A stretch of 62,717 nucleotides of DNA, from positions 1 through 62,717 of the forward strand of contig ML002236.1 in assembly GCA_003614675.1 (NCBI GenBank). The letters run 5' to 3'. Positions within the stretch are counted from its first letter, which is position 1. Every line of letters starts with the position of its first letter. Origin of the DNA: Dimargaris cristalligena (Eukaryota). This document shows, piece by piece, positions 12,481 through 25,917 of this stretch. Position numbers and translations under genes: made by a program. The notes under the pieces were generated by a model. That model was not told the origin of the DNA and made no database searches. It saw only the letters and a program-made list of their open reading frames with translations.

Positions 12481-13533
12481 GCGAGACCCGTTAGCATACA
12501 CATCTCCCTTCTCCCGGACCGTTGGGTTGGATTCACCTAACTATTGTATCCGGTCTGACAGGCCCGTGCGGTAGTTTCCCTCCTTTGTCTGCCATTTTAC
12601 TGTAATCTCTGGGACTGTCGACTGGCACCCCGAGTCGGCGGAGGGTTTTGCTAATCCTCCTATTTTCGTTTTCGTTTGGTATATTAGTCGATTCATCCTC
12701 TATCCATCTGTGCGTTAGTGTCTGAAGGGTGGGATCTGTGTACTTTTATTAACACCGTCGTCCCCTTCATTTCACTTGTATATTTACTTTCCCCGGTCCA
12801 GCCTGCACCGTCCCTGCCATCTCTTACCATTTTCATCCACCTCCTGGTCACGGGTCATTTTATTCCGCCTCATATTGTGCTATTTTTATTTTATTTTACT
12901 TTATTTTATTTCTATAGATTTAAAAGTCTACCATCTAAAATCCCTTTTCCATGTTCCGCACCATACTTATTGTAATCATCATCATCATCATCATCATAAT
13001 ATAACCCACATACGTTGCAATTCCCTATTTATGTACTGCGTATCCAATAACCGGGAGGTAATACACATACGATTTGCCTTGACTTAAATATAGGGCCTGT
13101 ACACACACGGCCCTTACATAATAACCGCAAGTAGATGGGTCCACACTAGTGTTGTTTTATTTAAGAAAGTCGGTTCATAAAGACGTGGTCATGAGAAAAA
13201 GAGTAAAAGAAAGTGGCATTAGTCAGGCTCACAATATATATATGTATATATATTTATTTATTGAAAAATAAGGAAACCGCTAATTGCAAAAACATAAATA
13301 ACGGGGTTGACGGGATGATAGTCTAGTGTGGCAAGAATGCCGGGGATGGTTCAATCGGGTGTAGAAGGGTGTGTTGAAATGGAGCGTAAGATGGCGAGCT
13401 CCCACCCTGTTCGCCCATCTCGTCTCTGAAGTAGAGAGAGGTGGGGAAACATGAGAGACCTCTCTCGGCAATAAAGGGACGGCGATGCGGGGGCAGGCTA
13501 TATTAGAGAAACAAATGCAATGAAATGCCGAGC

Positions 13534-15364
13534 CTATTTCTTGATGGTCACCAGCTTGACGTCGAAGACGAGGGTGGCGTTACGGGGAATATCCGGTGGG
13601 GCACCCTGGCTACCGTAGGCAAGCCCGGCGGGGATAGTCAGACGGCGCTCACCGCCCTCCTTCATACCGACGATACCCTGGTCCCAACCCTTGATGACCT
13701 CACCGCGGCCCAGGACGAAGTTGAATGGGGTGCCCTTGGTGTTCTGGTCAAAGACCTTGCCGTTGGTCAGCTTGCCGACGTAACGCATGCCGATGCGGTT
13801 GTTCCGCGAGCACTCCTTACCCTTACCAATGACGCTATCTTCGATGATCAGACCACCGGGAAGGGTGACCTTGGTGGGCTTGGCGGGAGTGGTGGCCTTC
13901 TTTTCGGCGGCCTCCTTCTTGGCCTGAGCCTTGGGGGTTTCGGCAGCCTTCTCCTTCTTGTCGGCGGACTTGGGGGTGGCGGCAGCAGCGACTTCCTTCT
14001 TGGCCTGGGCCTTGGGGGTTTCGGCAGCCTTCTCCTTCTTTTCAGCGGCAGCGGCCTTCTTGTCCTTCTTGGCCTGGGCCTTGGGGGTTTCGACAGCAGC
14101 AGCAGTATCCTTCTTCTCCTTCTTATTGGGGGCCTTGCCACTTTCGGCCGTTTTGGCGCTCTTGGCGGATTCCTCGGCCTTGCGCTTCTTGGAGTCCTTC
14201 TGGGTGCTGGCAGGAGTCTCCTTGACGGGTTCGGGGGCCTTGACGGGGGTCTTGGCATCAGCGATGATCTTCAAGACTTCGTCGCGGAGGTCCTCCTCAT
14301 CGATATCCTCAATTTCCTGGTCTTCTTCGATCAGTTCGGCGTCATCCAGGTAGTCGTCGTCATCGCTTTCGGAATCACTGGCGTTGTCAGCGGACTTGAC
14401 GATGCTGATTTCCCGGATGCGACCGGTCTGGCCGGCATCTTCGACGTCCGAGTCGTCTTTGTCGTCATCATCATCATCGGACTCGTTCATTTGTTCCAGG
14501 AGCTCTTCGATGGTGACACCGTATTTCTTGGCGAGTTCCTCGACAGACAGACCCTCATCTTCGGAGTCCAGTTCGGAGAGTTCCTCGTCGTCATCCTCGC
14601 TGTGGCTGCAGGGGCAACCATCCCCGTGGTCGTGTTCCATGCCCTCCATGTCGTCGGAGTCGATTTCGTCATCGTCGTCTCCGTCCCCGTAGATGTCCTC
14701 CTCGGGGGTGTAGTTACCGGTAAGGTGCACGGCGTTGGAGCCGTTGAGGAAGAATGTGACCTGCTCACCCTCGGTGAAGGTGATGTTCAGGGGCTGCTGC
14801 TCCAGCTTGCCGGGGAGCAGAGAGCACAGAACAAAGGACTTGTCGTCCACGGTCACCTTGACGACGGTCCGCTGGTTATCGGCGATCTTTTCGTCGAGAG
14901 CGGCCATGGTCAGGCAGAAGGAGGCGTCCACCTTCTGCATGTAAGCCTTATTAGGCTGGATTTGAAGACCTGTGTGGGTGGGAGATGATCGCGTGGCGGA
15001 TATCCAATGGATAGAGTATTGTATAATTGATAAACAAGACGGGTTGTTAGTACACAAGTCACGCAATAGGTCGAGGAGGGGGGCAATAATCACCATTTGG
15101 GAAGATTGCTTATTGATGCCGTGTAACCTGATAAACTGGTGTGATAAATATACGACGGTATATAGCTAGGTCGGACACTCTAATCGGTGAAGTGACGCGC
15201 GACGCGGTGAGAGATCTCACCAGCAGGAGTAGGTCTAGGTAGACTGGTGGTAATGAAGAAGGGGTTTAGGCCAGAGGAGGGGAATTGGCCCTTGATCCTC
15301 GGAATCTTTCGACTGGAAAACTACTGACACGGTGTGTCGACTTACCCCAGAAACCACACAACAT
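13534..15364 (-). CDS. FPR4: Nucleolar FKBP-type peptidyl-prolyl isomerase / histone chaperone (Fpr3/Fpr4 family). Exons 15364-15346 and 14969-13534
   Basis: MLCGFWG|LQI nucleoplasmin-like N-domain (VHLTGNY), acidic tracts, K/A-rich region, and a C-terminal FKBP domain ([14 protein letters not shown]...[26 protein letters not shown]...[13 protein letters not shown]). Confidence 0.93.
13905..14100 (-). repeat. Intragenic repeat encoding three ETPKAQAKK units in the basic region of FPR4
   Basis: Near-identical DNA blocks CTTCTTGGCCTG(G/A)GCCTTGGGGGTTTCG occur three times on the + strand. Confidence 0.8.
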
Positions 15365-15778
15365 TTTGGTGTAGGAATGTGTATATATGTATATATGGGT
15401 ATGTATTAATGTACTGTAGTAGAGTTACAAGAAACAGAACTTAGCAAAGTTAATGGGAGATGGTAAGTACGGGCGAAACGATAAATATAAAACGAAACGC
15501 AACCAACAAGGCTTCCAAGGGATACGCCAACGGACTGCACTAATAATACACCGCCCAGGTCTGGAAAACCTTCGGCAGCTCGGGTGGTGAAAAAAAAAAC
15601 AAAGAAAAAAAGGGCCTGAGTATAAGGAAACCAATTGACTTTTCCACCGCCATTAATCTTTCTACCTGTTTTTTTTCACGCCTTCTTTGCACAGGCTGCG
15701 CCTCATTTAAGCCTTGGGCTCTTTCCTGTCCCCTTCCCTTTCCATACAAGACTGCCTCCTCATTCATTTCTGGTTCCG

Positions 15779-15832
15779 AATTGACCGGAATGGTCTGGTC
15801 CAACTGACTGGAATGGTCTGGTCCAATTGACT
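15779..15832. repeat. 23-bp tandem duplication (about 2.3 copies) in the FPR4/GET3 divergent promoter
   Basis: AATTGACCGGAATGGTCTGGTCC / AACTGACTGGAATGGTCTGGTCC / AATTGACT. Confidence 0.85.
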
Positions 15833-16359
15833 ATATATCCTTGCCCTGATTTTCGAACACGTGATGCAGGGCGATGCAATAGCTTGTCGGGCTGACTTGG
15901 GTATGCTATGTTCTACAAGGCCTGTCTGGCCATATTCCAGGATGTGTGTGTATACTTCTCAATCTGCCTTGGTGCGCCTCCAAAGCCGCTTGGTGTTTAT
16001 CCATGCGGTTGCCATAACATTACCATTTACAATCCAACTCAATTAACTACATACTATACCTTATAACCGCCAACCGCTCTAGAGCAGCGCCACTCCATTG
16101 AATTGGAGAGAGCCATTGACATTGATACAGGCTCCTGGGTTTCGAAGCTGTTATCAAACCAACCGCATGTTCCACCTTGTTGACTGGGCTGCCCTATTCG
16201 TGACTCTCCGCAAGGGTCACACTGGCTCTCTCCAGGTTTTAGCAGCATACACTCTGCCTAATAACAATACCCCAGGCCCACTTGCCATAGCTCTGACTCC
16301 TCATCTCTCCCATCATTTATATTCCCTCCCCTAGCCTTATTTACAATATATTACACAAT

Positions 16360-16663
16360 ATGTCCGACGACGAATTCCAGCCCCTCGAGCCCACTCTGCA
16401 GAATGTACTAGATCAGGAGTCCCTCCATTGGATTTTCGTCGGTGGTAAGGGTGGTGTCGGCAAAACCACTTCCAGGTAGGTCAGCAACGACTCCATCCGT
16501 TCGACAGCTTCTCTATTCGGTTCCTCGTCGCAAAAGGACTCTTATGCCCCCGGTCAGCTCAGCCCTCAGGGGGTTTAGTCTGCGCATTCCACCGTTTGCG
16601 CTTTTCAGGCGGTCATCTCCAGCTCCCATCGATGTATGCATGGACTAATGCATATATACATCT

Positions 16664-16697
<34 letters not shown>

Positions 16698-17584
16698 GCT
16701 CTTATCCTCCGCCCTTCCGCAGTTGCTCCCTCGCCGCCCAGCTGGCTCAGTGCCGCGAAAGTGTCTTACTGATATCGACCGACCCCGCCCACAACTTGTC
16801 CGACGCCTTTAATCAAAAGTTTTCCAAAACTCCGACACTGGTCCATGGCTTTCCCAATCTGTACGCCATGGAAATTGACCCCACTTCCAGCATCCAGGAA
16901 ATGCTTGACCAGTCCGAGGGCGGCGCCATGAGCGCCATGATGCAGGACCTGGCCTTTGCCATTCCCGGCGTGGATGAGGCTATGGGGTTCGCCGAGGTCA
17001 TGAAGCTCGTCAAGTCTATGGAATACTCCGTTATTGTCTTTGACACTGCCCCCACCGGCCATACCCTGCGTTTCCTGTCCTTCCCCGCGGTTTTGGAGAA
17101 GGCCCTGGCCAAAGTATCCCAGCTCAGCGGGCGTTTCGGCCCCATGCTCCAGCAAATGTCGGGGATGATGGGCGTCAGCCCTAACCAGGAGGATATGTTC
17201 GCGAAGCTCGAGAGTATGCGGGAGGTCATCACCGAAGTCAACAACCAGTTCAAGGATCCCGAAAAGACTACCTTCATTTGCGTGTGCATCGCCGAGTTCC
17301 TTTCCCTCTACGAAACCGAGCGGATGGTCCAGGAGCTAACGTCGTACCATATCGATACCCACAATATCATCGTGAACCAGCTGCTGTTCCCCAAGGCCGA
17401 CTCCAACTGCGAACAGTGCTCGGTCCGTCACAAGATGCAGCAGAAGTATCTCGAGCAGATTTATGAACTGTACGAAGACTTTCACATCATTCCCCTCCCA
17501 TTGCTCACCGGCGAGGTGCGCGGCGTGGATTCCATTAAGAAGTTTTCGCAAATGTTGGTGACGCCCTATGTGCCCCATCAATAA
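16360..17584 (+). CDS. GET3: Get3/ASNA1 ATPase for tail-anchored protein targeting. Exons 16360-16475 and 16723-17584
   Basis: [14 protein letters not shown] deviant Walker [48 protein letters not shown] and a CxxC Zn motif (CEQC). Confidence 0.97.
16663..16697. repeat. (CA)n(TA)n compound microsatellite in GET3 intron 1; similar tracts at about 19231-19262 and 39223-39247, and (CAT)n at about 12975-12997
   Basis: Directly visible simple repeats. Confidence 0.85.
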
Positions 17585-18376
17585 TCGATGGGTTCGGCCT
17601 TCCCCCTCCGCTTCCACTGTTTCATCTCTCGGTTGCTTTGTTTGATTATAACAATTAAAGATCTATTTGGCTGTCGGTGGCTTAGACACCCATGGTGGGT
17701 ATTCGCATGCATTAATAGACTACTGCCTAATGGGGTCGTCATCACCCATTGGCCCAAGTGCGAGGCACTAAGCATTGGTTGGTTGTTGTAACTATCTAGT
17801 AAGGAAAATGATAGTAAGTAAGGGAGGTGGGGTTCTATTGCCTACTATTATAGGCAGGGTTATATAGTTCCTTCCCCCTGCCGAGGTTATGCAGTCCCAG
17901 ATGTTGTATGTCGTCCCCCGCTGCCACTTGCACCTTGCTGGATAATAATAACCCCCCACAACCTCCAATATTAAAAGAAATAGCTCAACTCAACTGGGTT
18001 CATTCACCTGTATAGTGTTCCGGTCGCTGATTTACACGTTTACCGGGTCTGAGCCAATTAAGGGCTTAGTCTAAAAAAAAACACCATGTTCCAAGCTATT
18101 GTGCTCTATCCCCTTCGGGTAATATCCTCCCGCCCTCATTATATATGTTCGAGAAACCAGGACGCCGCCGGAGGAGGGCTCATCTGGTTAACGCCAACAC
18201 CCTTGTATCCTGGTCTCACTTGGGCTATTTTCTATATTATATACCGCTTCTTACTCACCGGCTCGACTCCCATTGCTAACGGTCCTTCCATCGTCGGGTC
18301 TGCCTTTCCTACCTTCCATTAGGGTTAACTCAGCCCAGCCTAGCCCTACTCTGCCACATTGCATGTCTCTTCCACA

Positions 18377-19230
18377 ATGCTCAACCCTATAGTGCTCCTT
18401 CGCATTCTCATCCTGGCCGTGGTGGGTCTGCTCTTGCTGACCGCCTATGTCTACCGGTTCGCAGCCTTTTGCCAATGGGCTACTCCTAGTATGTACTTTA
18501 AGCCCTTATTGAGTTAGTGGGGGGTTTAACCTCCGCCTTGGAAAGAATGCCCCTGGGTGGGTTCATTTACCCGGCAACTTTAATCCCCTGCACAGGGAAT
18601 ATATATCAATCGAATATCAATCTGACTTGTTGGGCCCTGTAACCAAAATTAACCACGTATTCCAATCATATATATATACAACTCTCTTTCATCTACGCCC
18701 CGCCCGATAATCCAGATTCCGAAGTGCGTATGGCTCTTTTTGCTGACCCCCAGATGGAAGGTGATGCTAAACTCCATCGGGAACCCCGGAAAGGTACGTT
18801 TCGTTTTTATCAGCATTCTAAATCAAGCTTCGAGCTATAACTGTCGGGTGAATGGGCTTGATTTTCCACCTGGGACATTCCCCAATGCCGTGCTTATCCA
18901 AATAGGCGATACCTACCCTCCACATCCCCACATCAAGAGCATTGCCCATTAACATTATTGCATATACTGTTTGGTCCAAATGAATCGTATAGGCCATTAC
19001 GACTTGCTATTCAACGACCATTTTCTTCGACATACCGTGAAAACCGTATTCCATGAAACCAAGCCGAGCCACATTATGTTCATGGGTGACATTTTCTCAA
19101 ATCAATGGATATCAAGCGGGGAATTCGCCTCACGTTTGGACCGGTTTAAATGGACTACTGGACAGGTGAGTATATCAATTGGATATTATTTTCTGTGGTA
19201 CTGGTGCTATCAGACCTAAATGAGAATATT

Positions 19231-19263
<33 letters not shown>

Positions 19264-20594
19264 ATGGTGTATAATTTAATGATCCGTCGGAATACATCCG
19301 GTAACACACTGCAGCTGATCGTACAACTCTCGTTTCATCGTGCCCCCCATTAGATGCCTTTGATTCTTGCCACCTTCTCACACTTGTATTGACCTATACT
19401 GTATGCTCTCGTCTTACCTCCAAACGAAAGTTACCGGGTGACTTTTTGCCCACAGGATTCCCTCTCTACAACTTGTCGGGTAACCATGACATCGGCTATG
19501 GTCGGGACACTACCCCCGTAATGGTGGAACGCTGGGAGAAAGACTTTGGTTTGGTCAATCACCAGTTCGTTATACTAGCGGACCATCCGGCGGCTCCCAA
19601 AGTTGTCATGCTAAATACCCAAAATTTGGACCATTCCCGCTATGCTTCGGTGCAGGAGGCGGCCTGGAAGTTTCTCCAACAGGTATCTGAGGAGCAATGG
19701 GCGACTCATTTCACCCACCCCCTTCTCCTGTTTCTCCACATCCCCCTTTACAAACCGACCGGGCTCTGCGTTGACCCACCCGAAATTAATGTCAATACCC
19801 GGGATGAGATTATCGATCAGACGATGCTGTCACCCTGGATCTCCCGTTATATTCTCTACTGCCTGCGACCGACGGTTATTCTAACGGGTCATGATCACGA
19901 GGGCTGTAAAACCGAGCATCGGGTTGGTCCCGTCGAGGCCAAGTCGATAGACATGGTGGCCCTAAAGCAGTGGTGTCAAGCGGACCCGCATACGCTAGAG
20001 GCCGGGATTGCGCCTTTTGAAGCGGCCCTGCCCGTAACCGTGGACAATTGGGCACCGACGTCCGACCCTCTTCGCACCACGTCCCCGGAGTCCATTCGTG
20101 ATCTGCAGGAGCTGGTCGTACCCGAAATCACCGTGCGGTCGATTATGGGTGACTTCAATGGTAACTCAGGGCTGTTTGAGATTGTAGCCAAACAAGGCCC
20201 CCGCCAATGTAAGTCGAGTCTGTGATTACCCCCCGTTATACTACTATTCCTGCCCTGTCCTTATTTGAAGGGATGGTTTACCAGTGAGCTGCATCCATTA
20301 TCTTGATCAACGTGCTTCAGTCACTCGAAACCAAAGCGCGGTCCTCACCTCATGTACAAAACTGCATCTTTCTGTCACACATTTTTGGGTTGGACCATTG
20401 ACCTTCATACAGACGAGTACCAATACTACTACCAGGACTGTCGGTTAGGGCACCACGTCTATATTCGAGTCATACTTATTGTTGATATAATAGCCCTGCT
20501 GCTTTTGGTGGCTGCCTTAATTATCTACCCCATTTCGGGTTGGGGATTGCGGGCTCTTATTACTGGTCATCGCCACATTAAGAAACAGTATTAA
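18377..20594 (+). CDS. TED1: Ted1/MPPE1(Cdc1)-family GPI-remodelling metallophosphoesterase. Exons about 18377-18488, 18716-18793, 18993-19165, 19431-20208 and 20413-20594
   Basis: N-terminal TM anchor; calcineurin-like motifs ADPQMEGD, MGDIFSNQWI, GNHDIGY, HIPL and GHDHEGC; EITVRSIMGDFNGNSGL; C-terminal TM. Splice phases are consistent. Confidence 0.88.
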
Positions 20595-21485
20595 ATGCCC
20601 CATTTGGGCTTCTATTTTCTTATTGACATTCTGATTTCGCGAATTTTATTTCTGCACCACTTTAACGGTTGAATGGGCTGACTCATCCAAAGGTACTACA
20701 TGATGATTAATTAAACTATCCAATAATAGGTACCTAAGTGATGCCAAGAGTTTAACGTATGTCTTTACATATTGTGTGTGGTAGTGTATGGTGTCTTGTA
20801 GAGTAAATATATCTCGCTGGTCGTATATTCCATAGTTAATATTTTTTCTTTACACTAGCCCCACTACGATTGTTAATGGTTAACGACTTATGGTTAGGTA
20901 TTATTTAGTGTGTAATTGTTAAACCATTGGGGACATTTGCCTGAGATTCTGAAAATTGGCCATGCCGATGCTCTCCGGTGGAAAAGTATATCCCATACTG
21001 GGTCAAAAGCTCAGACCGGTCAGGGTATATCACGTGAGTAACCAGGTCTTCTGGTGCTATGCCAGCCACACCACCACAACACACCCTAAACCATGGGTTA
21101 GAAATTGCCGCAGTTGTTGGTAATAAACATATTTCTGTTTTTATATTGGCTTTAGTCAAGAAGCAGCTCTGTGCACCTCAATAGCCTCTGTCCTATTTCG
21201 GCATTTTGGTCTCTTCATTCCGTGGCAAATTGTGATATCTCATTACCAGCCCTAAACTCCCGAAACCAACCAGTTCAACCCCAACCCGAATCGGCCTCTA
21301 CTACTCCCCGCTGGCCCTCATTCCCACCTTACTCGTCCCCAACCCTGACCCTGGCCCATCTCACCTCCCTCCGCCTCGTACGTAGACGCGCCCGGCTCAT
21401 CGCAACTTTTGCATTCCGCCCCACCCCCTTAGTATTCCCAGTTGGGTCTATTGGCTATCGTTGTTTACTGCGCTCGTCGTTCGCC

Positions 21486-24400
21486 ATGGCCCAGTCCTCC
21501 AATCTAGCCAAATTTTTCCAGAGGTTTCAACAGGGGGCTGCTAAACCGGACAAGGCCGCTCCCGCATCCCCCGACTCGGTCGATTCCACCGGCAAGACCG
21601 ACTCCGTCATGGGTCGGTCCACCCCAGCGGACCGCAAACGCCCCCCGGTCATTTCGTCTGACGAGGGCTCCGATAATGAATCCACCGCTCCTGCTACTCC
21701 GAATGGGGGGGTATCGGCCCCAGCTCTCCCGCAGAAAGCCGATGCTAAGCCTAATGCAGGTTTCTTTTCGGCGGCCCCCGTGCCTAAAAAGGCCAAGCTG
21801 GAGAAGCTGGTGAAGAAGGAGAACGGGTCTGGTAGCGATTCGGACGATTCGGTCTACGAACCCGCTTCCGTCGAGGAGGACCTAGCTAATCAAGTGGCGG
21901 ATGCCAAGATCCAAAACGAAAAGGCGTCACCCCAACCGGCCAAGGCGGCCAAATTGACCAAGACCAAGAAACCCGCCAAAAAAGCCGCTGATATTAACCT
22001 GCTGGCCCCCAAATCCGTGATCCAGGAATTCAATACATTAATCGAAACCCATGTTCCTTACGGGGCCATGTGCTACATGTTCGAAAGAGTCGAAGAAACC
22101 ACCAAGCGGCTACTTATTACCGATATCCTGACCCACTTCTTCCGGCGGGTAATTGACAAGGCTCCCCAGGATCTACTTCACTGTGTGTATCTCTGTATCA
22201 ATCGGCTGGCTCCTCAATATGACGGGCTGGAATTGGGTATTGGTGAATCGCTCCTCATTAAGGCTATCGCTCAAGCGACTGGCCGAACTAATGCCAAAGT
22301 AAAGAGCGACGTGGCCCGGTTAGGCGATATGGGTTTAGTGGCTAAGGTAGGCTATTCGTTTTTAACAGCGCTATATTTGGGTGATAGGTATCGTCTATTT
22401 CATATGTCACTCTGACCGCCTATCCGTAGCGTGTGGTAGTATACTGTATAATCTCTGGACCACACGCCCTACTTTATTTTACACATATTTCTGCAGCTAA
22501 TTTATAATCATTTTTGGGGAATTTATGATACTGCACCCATCGCTTAATTTTTGCACATCATTAGGAGAGCCGCAGTAACCAAAAGACCATGATGGGCTCC
22601 CGCCAACTGAAGGTTTCCTACGTCTTTACGGCTCTTAAACAAATCGCTACTGCATCGGGAACCAAGTCTACCACTACCAAAGTGGACAAGATTAAGAGCC
22701 TGCTCGCAACTTGCCAGAATAACGAGGCCAAGTACCTGATGCGGTCCCTTGAGGGTAAACTGCGCATCGGTTTAGCGGAACAAACTGTGCTTATTGCCCT
22801 GGCTCATGCCTTTGCCCTGAATAGCCTAACTAAGCGACTATCGGAGGAAACCTTGGCCGAGGTACTCAAGGATGCCACCGCTACCGTCAAAACGGTCTAC
22901 AGCGAATTGCCGAGTCACAACGTTCTCATTCCGGCTCTTCTTGAGGGCGGTATCCAAAACCTACATGCCACTTGTAAACTGACCGCGGGTATCCCTGTCA
23001 AACCCATGTTGGCTCACCCGACCAAGGCAATTTCGGAGGTACTGGACCGGTTCGAGGGCCAGCTGTTCACCTGTGAGTATAAGTACGACGGAGAGCGGGC
23101 CCAGATCCATCGGTTGGACAACGGCCAGATCACGATTTTCAGCCGCAACTCCGAGAATATGACGGCCAAGTACCCGGATCTGGCCGAAAAGTTACTGCGG
23201 GCGGTGAATCCCCAAACCAAGTCCTTTATCCTTGACTGTGAGGCAGTAGCCTGGGACAAGTCCCAACAAAAGATACTCCCGTTCCAGATTCTCAGCACGC
23301 GGAAACGGAAAGACGTAAAGGAAGAGGATATTAAAGTGGCGGTGTGTATTTTTGCGTTCGATTTGCTGTATCTAAACGGTCGGTCCCTGTTGCGGGAGTC
23401 ACTTGTCCAACGACGGGCCAAGCTGCTGGATGCGTTTCAAACCGTAGATGGCGATTTTCAGTTTGCTAAAGCCGTGGTGGCCACCGAAGTCGAGACCATT
23501 CAGACCTTCTTGGATGAGAGTATTCGAGGTAAGCCGGCCAGGTATCTATAAAGAGTGTACTGTACTATAGGTTAAAATATCCGCTAGGCTAAGTGTCATT
23601 CTACCCCCCCCTTTCTAACTCCGTTCAGAATTTTTTGCCATCCTCCCCCTTTTTGCCCTCCAGATAACTGCGAAGGGCTTATGGTCAAAACCCTAGACGG
23701 CGAGGAGGCTACCTACGAACCGTCTAAGCGATCGCGCAACTGGCTGAAGGTAAATTTTTACAAACTCATTGGACTATCCCATTTTATTGCATTAGTTGAT
23801 AGTGAGAAGGTATCACAGTCCCAATTTAGATGCGTTTGTCGAATTAAATTCTGATATATATTTAGATGCATCGGATATATACTCTTCGCGTACATTCTTG
23901 TTCTAACGTATTTGATGCTCATTACCAACAACTCATATCTACATTACCCCCTCTTAGGTGAAGAAAGATTACATTATGGGGATTGGTGATTCATTGGATC
24001 TCGTCGTAGTTGGAGCCTACCTCGGGCGTGGTAAGCGCACCGGTGTGTATGGCGGATACTTACTGGCCTGCTATAACCCCGATAGTGAACAATACGAGAC
24101 CATCTGCAAGGTAAGCCTCGACGACTGTTAAATTCATTAGCCCCGGCGACACCACCATACTTTTGTTTATTGCCCTGTCGCCATTGTGGGCCACTGGTTC
24201 CCGTTCACAGTTCGCTGAGTTTTCACCATTAGACCCCTTACTAAAAAATACCTCAATATTTTTATGTATAATGCGCTTTTCGCTTTCATAAGATTGGAAC
24301 CGGGTTTTCGGAAGCTGACCTGGAGTCCCACTATAGCGAGTTTAAGGATCTGATTATCAGTCAACCCCGTAGCTACTATTCATTCGGAGACAGTGCCAAA

Positions 24401-25046
24401 CCAGATGTGTGGTTCAATGCCAAGGTTGTGTGGGAAGTCAAGGCGGCAGATTTATCGATATCGCCGGTTTATAAAGCGGGCATTGGAAAAGTAAGTAACC
24501 GAGTACAACAGGATGCCTTTGGTATGAAGACCCCGGTCAGTCAATGATTGGGATTAAATGTACTATTATGCATATTCTCCTCGCATATCCCAACTCTTAA
24601 TTATGGCTAATTTACCTGGTTTACTTTTCTGAGGATCCGAGATTGCTTTCATTAACTGACCATGTTTTTTGCCCATTGATGTCGCCCTATTCACCCATCA
24701 ATTCTATAGGTTGATAACAACCGGGGGATTTCCCTCCGTTTCCCCCGCTTTATCCGCATCCGGGATGACAAGTCAGCGGAAGATGCCACCAGCTCTGATC
24801 AGGTAAGTGGCTGACCAGCCCATTTATAAGTTGCCCAAGGGTATTTCCATAATACTGGCGGATTGTCTATTTACCTTACTTCCATGGCTTCATAACCAGC
24901 TGGATCTACTTTGGTTCTAACCCGAGCTTACAATATTTCCTTACTTCGGGGGTATCTATTTGTTCTAAAATTTACAGGTAGCCGAAATGTATCAAAGCCA
25001 GAAACTCAATACTGCCAATGGTGCGGCTAGTGACGATGACGATTAG
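21486..25046 (+). CDS. CDC9: DNA ligase I. Exons 21486-22346, 22565-23528, 23664-23749, 23958-24110, 24293-24490, 24710-24802 and 24978-25046
   Basis: PIP-like [26 protein letters not shown], adenylation motif [43 protein letters not shown] and [16 protein letters not shown]. Confidence 0.97.
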
Positions 25047-25917
25047 TTATTTGCACCGAATAATATACTTCTATACCAACTGTTAGCGGTATTGGTTTTG
25101 GGCGCTCGTGTTTTTATTGTCAATTGAGGGCACATTATGTTTATATTCATCCATCAATTAGCGGAGAGATCGAATTGTCAATCAGCAAGGATGTATTTTT
25201 TATGGTAAATAAAGATTTAAGAAAATAGAATGTCCAATTGGGGTGAATGTACATTTGTGGGCCTGTAGTTGGTATGTCAGCCGAATTTCAGCCAAATTAC
25301 CATTTGCTGCAACACTCACCCCGTACTAACGGGTCATTTGTTATGATGCACGGGATAGTCTCATTCATTATGTTGTGCTCAATACTATGTGTGCTAGGCG
25401 TAATGGTGTTTTGGTCCGAAATGGCTTTAGAAGGTGACTTTGTCCCTAACCAAACCAACTTGGCCCCGCGAGATATTTCACTCTATTAGTCACGTGCCTA
25501 CGGGGGTAGACCTTGGGTTTCCCTACTATAGATCCGCCCCAACAGTGAGCAATAAGAACACACTTGCTTGAGCCTCTAATACCACTGACCTGCTCACTCA
25601 CCTGCTTATCCCAACCTATATCAACAATTGGGCGAGATAGGCACAAGCGGTCGTCTGAATCGGAATGAGCTGCTCGTCAATGGCTGTGTTTCGGATTCGG
25701 ATGATTGGGAACAGCTTTCGAGGTTAACGCAGAGTCCTTTCCCCTCTCTTTCTGCTGCTAAATTCAGCGTGTACTTCATTCCGACTGATCCGACATCTCG
25801 CCCTCATTATTGTCACAGCGCCCTTTAACAGAACATCCCTTTCAAAATCGAATTTTCCTTTACTTATCTTGTACTGTTCGGTTCCCTCTTTACTTTGAAT
25901 AACAAAAGAATATCACC

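Noticed and set aside
13525-14988. 487-aa G/L-rich + strand ORF antisense to FPR4
   Set aside because: Exact antisense mirror of the K/A/D/E-rich, C/G-ending codons of FPR4; not a separate gene.
14970-15345. FPR4 intron 1 as a snoRNA host (GGTGAGA/TCTCACC hairpin near 15206-15221)
   Set aside because: A plausible host gene, but no convincing C/D boxes or H/ACA two-hairpin layout could be found by eye.
15779-15832. Short direct repeats as a CRISPR array
   Set aside because: No spacers, only about 2 copies, eukaryotic context and no cas genes.
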